A stretch of 62,616 nt of DNA, filler included. It is 19 parts of 19 records of this genome, joined end to end, with 100 filler letters (N's around TTAATTAATTAA, not from the genome) between each part and the next. Parts side by side here need not be neighbours in the genome. Positions count along the whole stretch, not along the records: positions 54,268 to 56,427 come from SRR36015646_59443; positions 56,528 to 60,325 come from SRR36015646_59811; positions 60,426 to 62,616 come from SRR36015646_61248; 16 more parts are not named here. One strand, given 5' to 3'. Position 1 is the stretch's first letter, and every line of letters starts with the position of its first letter. Under the pieces are notes generated by a model. It did not search any database. It saw only the letters and a program-made list of their open reading frames with translations, and was not told the origin of the DNA. Below, in pieces: positions 54,335-62,616 of this stretch. Position numbers and translations under genes: made by a program.

Positions 54335-56819
54335 TATTAATAATAATTGTTATTAATCATAATAATGTTTGGGATATTTTATTTCTTCAAGAGAATAGTT
54401 CAGGAACAAGACAACACAATACACAATACATGCATATATACAAGAACTGGCAATTTTATTTCAATTGTCAAGCAACTACAGCAAGTATGCATATCGACGA
54501 TAGTCACATTAGTTAGTAATTTGATATTTTATTTACAGTGTAGATACACGTATTTACAGACTTGAATTTTCAATTACTGTACAATTTTTTATATTTTATA
54601 AACAATAAACAGTCCAATACTGACATCAAGCACCCGCATAGACAACAATATTAAAAATTGACATGTAGTTCGTTTTTAACAGAGTTACCACAAGTTTGTC
54701 ATGTCGAGCTGAGAAAATTATTGCACATACCGTTACAAAACCATCGTGTCTCCTACCCTATATATATATCTTTAGTCGTTAGGCAAATTTGGGGAAGCAT
54801 TATAAAGGCAATTAACGACTATGAATTAAGGTTAATGAATTGAATCAATGCATGCGGTCTTTAATCGACAATGTGCATGCATCATAATGAAACTCTGTTT
54901 ATGTCGAGCATGAACATTGAACTTTACCTATACATTTATTATTACAGTAGTGTACGGTTAAAACATGTACATGACGTTCACTTTTTTAACGTAGCATATT
55001 TATCTTTCACATTATACACATTTATAATAATTATTAGTTTAATAAATAATATTTAAACGTCTATATTGCTGTTCGTAGAGATTATCTTTAATTTAAGAAG
55101 ATATCTACTCTATCTATTTTAAACTTTAAATTTCACTCAGTTATGTCAAATAATTTAAAAATCCAGCATCGTTAGTATAATCTGCGATATCTCAAGCAGC
55201 CGTCACGAAAAGCTGTCTTAACCAAACTTCTGGTCTAGGATACGTAGAAGACTCCCTTCTACAGAAACTACAAACCAAATACGAGTTATTTTAAAAACTG
55301 AGTGTGGACGCTAATCCATTCACAGAACGATTGAAGTTTAAGTTAATCTATATTGCTATAATAGATGTAACAACCAGCATTGTGTTGGCTTAATAAAAGC
55401 TTCAAAGATAACTTCATATTTTAACAAAGTGGTGGACACGATGGTAACTACATGTACATGTATATAAATATACGGATTTTATCCAAATTAATATATTATA
55501 AAACGTGCTTCCGATTAATTGTTATTGAATAATAACAAAACAGCAAAACACAAGAAGCCTTTCAACTGCTATTAGTAATAATATTAATATTATTATCACA
55601 AGACTAGGCCTATACCTGTAGCTAAGCCTCATACTTATATTTTCTCTGGGACACATATGTACATTATATGCTATACGAAATATGAAGTGAAACAGCTTGC
55701 TCTTAATGCAATGCGTCCTTAAAAATCATGCAGACAATTATATAGGCTATACTGCTGCAACAATTTTCTATGTTATTTATGACAAGCACTAAACATGTAA
55801 AATACTAAAGTTGCAAATGTTGCCGGCACCAGACAACAAGCAATGGCAGATGCTTTTTAAGCTGTGCTGTGTTCTACTCAAAGAATAGCTATGCTATATA
55901 TGTGCATGTTTGCATTTGTCAGTTAAAATGTGGAAGAAATTAATTCCATCAGAATGGTAAAGTATTGTATTTAGCCTACTCAGTACTCAACTTTACACTA
56001 ACAATCGGCAATCGACACAAAATTCTTACATTTTCTTGTTCACCAAAAGTGCTAGCATACGTGTAACACCGATTGTATGATATTGGATAACAATTTATAA
56101 CATACATACCTATAATGTATGTCATAAATTAAGTTCGTATAAACAACTTTGTATAATCTCGAATTTACGAAAAACAAATTCCACAATAACTTGTTGCATC
56201 CTTGCCGTCATTCAAATACATTAACGATAACCAATATAATTGGTATAATAGTGTCAGGAATATATTTTATTTGTGGAATTGGTCATTTTGGATGGCATTC
56301 CGGAATTATTGACGCATTTTCTTGTTTACATGTAGCACAAAACGATACTCGATTGGTATTTTGTGCTAAACGCAATGATGATGTTATGTTTTGATTCGGA
56401 ATATAGTAGACCTAGAGATATTACCTANNNNNNNNNNNNNNNNNNNNNNNNNNNNNNNNNNNNNNNNNNNNTTAATTAATTAANNNNNNNNNNNNNNNNN
56501 NNNNNNNNNNNNNNNNNNNNNNNNNNNGGGAATCCCATCCCCACGGACAAGCCTGTAAATTGGCTAAACAAGTTAAGTGCCGGGCGCCGGGGATGTCTTT
56601 CGCACCCTACGATAACAGGTGGGGGTGTTGGAAAAAAAAATACCCATATAGCTGTCTGAAGTTTCCTTGGTGGTCGGATAGTTGAGCCTTATCCTGCTAC
56701 AAATTTACTAATAGTATTGTATAAGTTTTCCTTTTTAGATCAGGCCAGTAGGCCTAATCCTGCTGAGCTGAAAAAGGTTCATTAACTTGCTACCCCAGCC
56801 CTCCTTGGATGCTAGATAC

Positions 56820-57500
56820 TACCTCTGAGATGGTTCATCCAAGTTAAACTGTCATTTTGGCATTTTTTATTTGTCATATAGCTAGTATTACCCCTTCTGA
56901 AATAGTCAGAACAAGCTTTATTATCAATTTGTCATTTTATGAGAGGTCATGGAGCTCCTTTTCACCTTTCTGAGAAGGTCACCCCAAGCTATATTGTCAT
57001 TTTTCCATTTTTCATAAGTCCTGAAGCCAATATTTACCATTCTGAAATATTCCAGTCAAGCTCTATTGTTATTTTGGTATTTTTTATAGGTCCTGAAGTC
57101 AATTTTGTCCCCTCTGAAATAGTCCCACCCAGCTATTCTGTTATTCTGGTCTTTTTCAAGTGTCATGGAGCTCATTTGGACCATTCTGAGCTGGCTCAAA
57201 CCAGTATACTATTATTTTTGGATTTTTCATTGGTCCTGAAATTAATATTAGCCATTCTAAAATAGGCAAATCAAGCTCTATTGTTATTCTGGAATTTTCC
57301 ATGGGGCCTGAGGCCAATTTTGACTATTCTGAAATAGTCAACCCCAGCTATATTATCATTTTGATCCTTTTCATGTGTCCTGAGGCTCATTTATACTATT
57401 CTGAGCTGGTCAAAACCAGCTCTATTATATTTTTACCATTCTGAGCTGGTCCAACCCAGCTATATTCTTATTTAGGCCGGTATAGGCTTTTTCTGACCAT
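56820..57500. repeat. Degenerate 72-nt tandem repeat, about 9-10 copies
   Basis: TCTGA-like anchors at 56824, 56896, 56969, 57041, 57113, 57185, 57256, 57328 and 57400, each followed by CAAGCT/CCAGCT-ATT. Confidence 0.9.
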
Positions 57501-58355
57501 TAGGCATGTAAGTCTGACTATGCTTTAGCTAGGAAATTCTAGTTCCAGTGCTGTTTGCCCTCTCATTAGTTGTTGATTGAATGGGGCCTGGCCATACTGG
57601 GGTGTAATAATCAATTGATAGTGCTGTGGCCCCATCCAGGTCTGCTACTTGTTAATATGCTATTTAGGTAGGGGTGTGGGTAGAGCTAGTAAAGTCATGA
57701 AGGAGCCAGAAAGTAGGCACCCCCTTATGAGGGTTGTGAGTTTGGATAGGGGTGTGAAATGGTTTGCTTATGAGTATATACCACTGGTTAAGTGTTCCTT
57801 GGGTCCTAAGGATGTGTCGGGTGGGGTTTGTTAGTGTATACAGGATGATTCTCACCGTTCAAGGGTTTTTTAATGGAATGGTTGTATCCCTTCCCATAGG
57901 GGTGTGAAATTGGATATGGGTCTAAACTGGTTTATCAGCGGTGTGGTTTAAGATAGGGGGGTGTGAGTGGGTTTGTGTATGGGTATTTTCCATTGGGTAG
58001 GTGTCAATTGGTTAATTGGCTATGTCAGGTGCAGGTTGGAATGTGTCCATGGTCCACCTCCTCATAAAGCGCTAAAAAATTGGTCCCCTCACTCCCATGA
58101 GGGGTGTTGGTTTCAGTAGGGGTGTTAGTTAGTTAATGGGTGGGTACATTGTAGACACATAAATTATTATAGTTCCACATTCATTACCTTGGTAGTTTAA
58201 ACTAGGTAAACCTTTCTTTATTGGCTATGTTAAGCAGTTTATTAATATACATTGCGATTGTACACCTTTTTATACACGTTTTTTTTGTTATTTTTTATTT
58301 TTTGGTCTTTTCTTTACCCACGGTATGTCTTTACGGTAGTTTTCTTTTATTTACA

Positions 58356-58910
58356 TCAGTTTGGTAGCTTCGCGGTTTCTTGTAGATTCTCTTTCATCAT
58401 CTGTGTTCCTACCTCATCTAGATGAACACCATCCCGGTATTGTTCCGATGGGGATCTCCTCAGGTTTTTCAAGGGTTTACATACTATGTATCTAACCCAA
58501 TGGAGTCCCATCCTCCTAGCCAGTTTTATAGTCTTCTTTGATACCACCGCCATTTCCCTATTCGCCTTCATCACCGTACGGGCCGTTAGTCTGGGGATGA
58601 TCCGGTGGTAATATATTGTGGTTTGTGGGAAAGCATTTTTAAGTTTCCGTATCAAGTCCATAGCCCTTTGTGCTAACATTGTGGGATGGTTTCCTCGTCC
58701 ACAATCGTTGCTTCCTATGTGTAGGATTACTTTCCGGATGTTCTGTGGATTCAATTTCAGGAGAAAGTGGTTAATTACCTCCATAACCCTGTCGATTTTC
58801 CCTCCACTGATAGATATCGTCCCCACTTCTTTGCTGTTGAACGTTAGTAGTTTAAGTAATGAACTCCCTATGCAAAATTGTGGTACATTTGTCAGTGATA
58901 TGACAGTATT
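58356..58910 (-). CDS. SGNH/GDSL-type hydrolase (start codon unresolved)
   Basis: Extending the listed ORF upstream gives block I FCIGSS; block II SISGG, block III HIGSND and block V DGVH follow. AATAAA signals lie downstream on the same strand. Confidence 0.82.
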   Translation of the reverse strand, partial: NTVISLTNVPQFCIGSSLLKLLTFNSKEVGTISISGGKIDRVMEVINHFLLKLNPQNIRKVILHIGSNDCGRGNHPTMLAQRAMDLIRKLKNAFPQTTIYYHRIIPRLTARTVMKANREMAVVSKKTIKLARRMGLHWVRYIVCKPLKNLRRSPSEQYRDGVHLDEVGTQMMKENLQETAKLPN

Positions 58911-58991
58911 TCACCCAGAAATATCTGCCGTTGACGAATAGTCGTGTAGACTCCACTTTCCTGTATGTTATTCTCTAGTGCGTCCTTTATT

Positions 58992-59119
58992 CACGTGGTT
59001 TTCCGCGCGTCCGTAATGGACCGGTCATTCATCGATAAAAAATCCTGCTGCTCTGTGATTGGCCCCCGCTCCGGCCGCCTCTCCTGTGATTGGTTGTTTT
59101 ATTTCCACTTTTTCACGTG
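58992..59119. promoter_or_regulatory. Putative (possibly bidirectional) promoter with two CCAAT boxes flanked by two E-boxes
   Basis: CTGTGATTGG occurs twice (ATTGG at 59058 and 59089, 31 bp apart) around a GC-rich spacer; CACGTG at 58992 and 59114. Confidence 0.6.
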
Positions 59120-59186
59120 CGTCGTGGCTCGTGTTTTATTCGGATGGGGAGTCTTTCCACTCCGTATTACTGTTTCCCACTTCAAC

Positions 59187-59546
59187 ATGTCCGCAGCTCT
59201 ACAGGAACGTACGCATTTGGAGAGGGAAGCATTGGAAGAGCTCTCCGCCCTCATCCAGAAGCGCCTCAAAGCTGCCCGGCTGGTGAGGCAGGGAGACCTT
59301 GACATTCTGGTCTCTATCGAACAAGATCTGTCGCCACCCGGTATTATAGACCCCGAAATACGTGAGGGTATCGAACTCCTGCGGGATCAATTAATCCAGG
59401 ATGTTCACCGCCAGACCAGAGTCATAGGGATCCGCGAGCAGAACCATGTTCAACTATGTCCCCGCCTATTCCAACTTCAGGCCATGTGCAAGTTATGGAT
59501 TGTGACCGCCCGCATGGAGGTTGAGTTGTCTGGTGCCACCCCGTAG
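59187..59546 (+). CDS. Highly divergent, tail-less histone H3-like histone-fold protein (119 aa)
   Basis: Start context TTCAAC-ATG-TCC. By-eye colinear alignment to H3 residues 47-126: ALEEL/[32 protein letters not shown], and [41 protein letters not shown]. A histone stem-loop lies downstream. Confidence 0.6.
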   Translation: [119 protein letters not shown]

Positions 59547-59648
59547 ATCCATCTGGTAGCAGGAAGGGCCAGACGACCGGCATGCCACTTACTGCATTTC
59601 CAACCCCGAAGACCGAAAACCATGAGAGAAAACCCCACAAAACCCCAC

Positions 59649-59669
59649 GGTTCTTTTAAGAGCCACTCA
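59649..59669 (+). terminator. Replication-dependent histone mRNA 3' stem-loop
   Basis: GGTTCT-TTTA-AGAGCC forms a 6-bp stem with a 4-nt loop (GGYYYU-UYUH-ARRRCC). It has an A/C-rich 5' flank and an ACTCA 3' flank, and lies 102 nt after the stop. Confidence 0.85.
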
Positions 59670-59848
59670 CAGTCTAAAACTGGATTATCTTTTCGCTTTG
59701 TTTGAGTTTGATTATTTGGGAATATCTTATTTTATTTGGTTGTAACTTTTACATGCTGATTTTTAATCTGCACAATTACTTAGGAGTCTTTTGAGCCAAA
59801 TTAGGCGTAAATAGAATCCATTACTTAAGTAAAAAAATCCGTTTGCAA

Positions 59849-60175
59849 GTTTTCTAGTGCTAAGGGTGGTACACAGTATCGAATCAGAAGACACATATTG
59901 TTATTTCGTATTTATCCATTTTAATTTTTACAGTGCAACTTTATTCTTCACTAAATTTTCTAGTGCTAAGTGTTGTACCCGGTGCCAATCCGAAGCACAC
60001 ACACACACACGCACACATTGTTAGTTCGTATTTTTCCATTTTTCTACCGTATCGGGTCAGAATTACACACATTGTTCCAAAAAGTTTTCCAGTGCTAAGG
60101 GTGGTGCACAGTATTGAATCAGACCCCACACATTGTTAGTCCGTATTTCCCCCTTTTTAATTTTGTAGTGTAACC
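59849..60175. repeat. Three degenerate direct repeats of about 105-130 nt
   Basis: TTTTC(T/C)AGTGCTAAG(G/T)GT(G/T)GT...GAATCAGA...CACATTGTTA(G/T)TTCGTATTT recurs near 59849, 59955 and 60084; the middle copy carries a (CA)n run. Confidence 0.85.
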
Positions 60176-60738
60176 TTGTTTATTACTTATAATTATGTAT
60201 GGGTTTAGTTGAGGAAACTAAATCAGAAATTGATTTGTTTTATTATATCCGTTGTCGTATTCTATTTTTAGAAGAATTTATAAAAAAAAAAAAAACGTGT
60301 TTTTGCAAAATTTTCGTTATTTTTANNNNNNNNNNNNNNNNNNNNNNNNNNNNNNNNNNNNNNNNNNNNTTAATTAATTAANNNNNNNNNNNNNNNNNNN
60401 NNNNNNNNNNNNNNNNNNNNNNNNNTCCCATCCCAAAAAGACGAAAAAATAAAAATAAAACAAAATAAAAAGTAAAAATTGATAAATTAGTTTGCTACCA
60501 TAAAGACAGACCCATTTATGCTCATATGTTATAGTTAATTAGGAGTTTTAGCTACTTTGTAGGGTGACGACTTGTGTGACAGGGCACAACACTTTAAAAC
60601 CACAACTAAATCACATAATAGATGGCACTAGTAGTTTGGAAGCCATAATATTACTTGAATATGTGGGACCCACTTTGTTTCTAAGCTTGGGGCCTGAATA
60701 AGTATTGGAAAAAGTCATCGGTATGTCTTCTATTATAG

Positions 60739-61353
60739 CGGATAAAAACGCTGGAAGATGCAATTAAAGAGATACAGAACCAGGGGACTATAGGAATGGT
60801 GGATAGGTTAAAAGAGGAGGTTAAGGAGTTATGTAGGAAGCCATTTGAACAAGCACTCAATGTCCGCATTGTAAATCTGTGCAAATATCTTTTTGAGAGC
60901 GCCGAGAACAGTAAGCACAAAGAGGTCGAACTCTTCAAGGCTATATACCATGTAGCAAAACGGAATGATCAAACAACACTATTAGGCGCACAAGTTTTGA
61001 GAGCACTGGGTGATGAAATGGAGGAGAAGGTGATGTCTAAGTTCGCTAAGGTGTCAAAACAAGGCTCTTACACTACAAGGAGTCAGGAGGGAACTTGGAG
61101 CCTCAATCAATATAACCAAACTGCAGCATCTTCATATGTACCGGGACCCAATTTCCAGTCAGAGAATGGGGCACGCTCCAGGGGTAGTGGGGTTTTTCAG
61201 GGACATTGCTACAACTGCTCTGCATTTGGGCACTCGAAGATGAGATGCCCATATCCCCTGCGAACACCGTATTCCCAAGGGCGATCATTTTCTCGGGGCG
61301 GTCAACTAGGTATTGGGGGCTATCGAGGTGGTAGAGGAATGGCAAGGAGATAA
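60739..61353 (+). CDS. gag: gag-like protein of a DIRS-type retroelement
   Basis: Helical N-terminal part, zinc knuckle CYNCSAFGHSKMRC and an RGG-rich end; lies upstream of an RT. The frame opens at 60739; the first ATG is at 60796. Confidence 0.7.
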   Translation, partial: RIKTLEDAIKEIQNQGTIGMVDRLKEEVKELCRKPFEQALNVRIVNLCKYLFESAENSKHKEVELFKAIYHVAKRNDQTTLLGAQVLRALGDEMEEKVMSKFAKVSKQGSYTTRSQEGTWSLNQYNQTAASSYVPGPNFQSENGARSRGSGVFQGHCYNCSAFGHSKMRCPYPLRTPYSQGRSFSRGGQLGIGGYRGGRGMARR

Positions 61354-61702
61354 GAAACAAAATTTCCTAATTATAGTAGTCCTTTGATGAACATGTTTTT
61401 CGATTCATATTATATTCCAGGCTGTGCATAGATAGTAGACTTACGTTCACAACGTGGGCGCACAAAATTAGTCAAATATTATTAATTTTGCTGATTATGT
61501 ATTGGGCTTATAATTGCAAGTTTGTAAAACTTACTAAAAGAATACTATTGGAAGATACTGTACGTAAAAATTTAGTTTTACAAAATTATAATAAAATGTC
61601 CTATACATGTATTTATATGTGGTTAACAATGCTTAGTAGATAATGTATGGATGTTCCATTTATGCAATATCGTAATAGATAGCAAACGTGTATATACTTT
61701 AG

Positions 61703-62616
61703 GGAAAAAGCAGTTCAAGAACATACAGTACCATTCCTGCATGGGAATATGAACACACTTTCGAGCCATACGCAGTACAGCCAAGAACCTCGTACTCTTG
61801 GACAGATGTAAATGGAAGGATTGTTGATAATCCAAGGGACTCATACTCCGCCCAAGCAGTGTATAAGGGGGAAGTTTTGGGGAAAATGAACGATCTCCAA
61901 TTTCGCAACCCCCAGACTTTTGTAGCTGGCTCATTCCATACCCATGCAAAAGAATGGGAAAACTATCTAGGCTTATTACCTGAATTTGCAGAAGTCTTAG
62001 ATTGGATAAAACACAAAGTAAACGTGGAAAGGTACTTTGTAAGATATACGGGAACTTTTAAACGATTTAACTTGAGTAGCGACTCTCCACCACCAGTAAT
62101 CTTGCCAAATAGTCAGAGTTGTAAAGATTTTTCCAAATTCATTACGGAGACGTTACTAGATAGAATTAAAATAGGAGCTCTAGGTATTTGGGGGAAGGTT
62201 GGAGAGGTAGCGCCACCGATGTTAGTTTTGCCCCTGACAGTAGAGCCAAAGAAACCGCGCTTGTGTCATGATCAAAGATATTTAAATTTGTTCGTGAAAG
62301 ACAGACCTTTTAAGCTAGAAGGTTTAGAAAACGTACCAAGATATGTAAGAGAAGGTACATTCATGACTACTATGGATGACAAATCAGCGTATGACAATAT
62401 GCTAATGTCAGAAAACAGTTACACTTACATGGGTCTTGAATGGGCAGGATACTATTTATTCTGGAAAACCCTACCATTCGGTTTTAAGTTATCAGCTTAT
62501 ATATATCAGTCGGTCGCAATGGCAGCAGCCCACATTTATAGAGAGTTGGGTGTTCCTACTACCCAATACATCGATGATAGACATATAGGAGAACTTCTTT
62601 TAGAGCATGGGAATGA
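61703..62616 (+). CDS. pol: DIRS-type reverse transcriptase, running off the window end (absent from the ORF track)
   Basis: Manual translation gives FRNPQTFVAG...EW, LPLTVEPKKPRLCHDQRYLN, MDDKSAYD, LPFGFKLSAYIY and QYIDDRH (YIDD at 62567-62578). No protease precedes the RT; the first ATG is at 61886. Confidence 0.9.

Noticed and set aside
56092-56130. AT-rich imperfect inverted repeat
   Set aside because: Isolated, low-complexity and without supporting context.
56528-56555. GGGAATCCCATCCCCACGGACAAGCCTG as the end of a MITE/hAT terminal inverted repeat
   Set aside because: Only 28 nt at a contig edge, with no partner end or TSD available to test.
56939-57265. 108-aa hydrophobic ORF
   Set aside because: It is a chance translation of the 72-nt tandem repeat; neighbouring units contain stops and 71/73-nt length variants.
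58965-59186. N-terminal 74 codons of the listed 193-aa ORF
   Set aside because: They overlap the CCAAT/E-box promoter-like region and show no protein-like signal; the ATG at 59187 has the better context.
3114-60425. Regularly recurring TTAATTAATTAA with N runs, read as a repeat array or CRISPR-like structure, and ORFs containing X runs or ending LIN
   Set aside because: These are artificial concatenation linkers; ORFs crossing them and any gene neighbourhood across them are artefacts.
60615-60632. AGATGGCACTA as another CTCF-like site
   Set aside because: Only the 3' half of the motif matches.
1573-61949. Numerous 60-180 aa antisense or off-frame ORFs inside the transposon genes and AT-rich regions
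   Set aside because: No recognisable motifs; expected by-products of codon bias on the opposite strand and of alternative-start ORF calling.

Overview
This window is not one locus. It is 19 unrelated contigs (about 2-8 kb each) joined by 18 artificial 100-nt spacers (44 N + TTAATTAATTAA + 44 N), so nothing can be inferred from adjacency across spacers. The content is animal (probably marine invertebrate) repetitive DNA, mostly transposable elements. Retroelements: two DIRS-type tyrosine-recombinase retrotransposons, three Tx1/L1-like and one CR1/L2-like non-LTR elements, BEL/Pao, Gypsy and Copia (GalEa-like) LTR elements, an env-like fragment and a possible tRNA-derived SINE. DNA elements: three Academ transposases, a Sola2-like and a P-element/THAP transposase, a deleted Helentron-like element and a Helitron 3' end. 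The most striking region is the contig at 56528-60325. There a 119-aa ORF aligns by eye to the histone H3 fold but has no N-terminal tail. It is preceded by two CCAAT boxes and followed by a canonical histone-mRNA 3' stem-loop, and it sits head-to-head with an SGNH hydrolase ORF between tandem-repeat arrays. Several elements also show translational recoding signals: an in-frame UGA between Gypsy gag and pol, an in-frame UAG before an AUG-less non-LTR ORF2, and 2A/StopGo motifs in the Helentron-like ORF. All family assignments come from motif recognition by eye; no database search was run.
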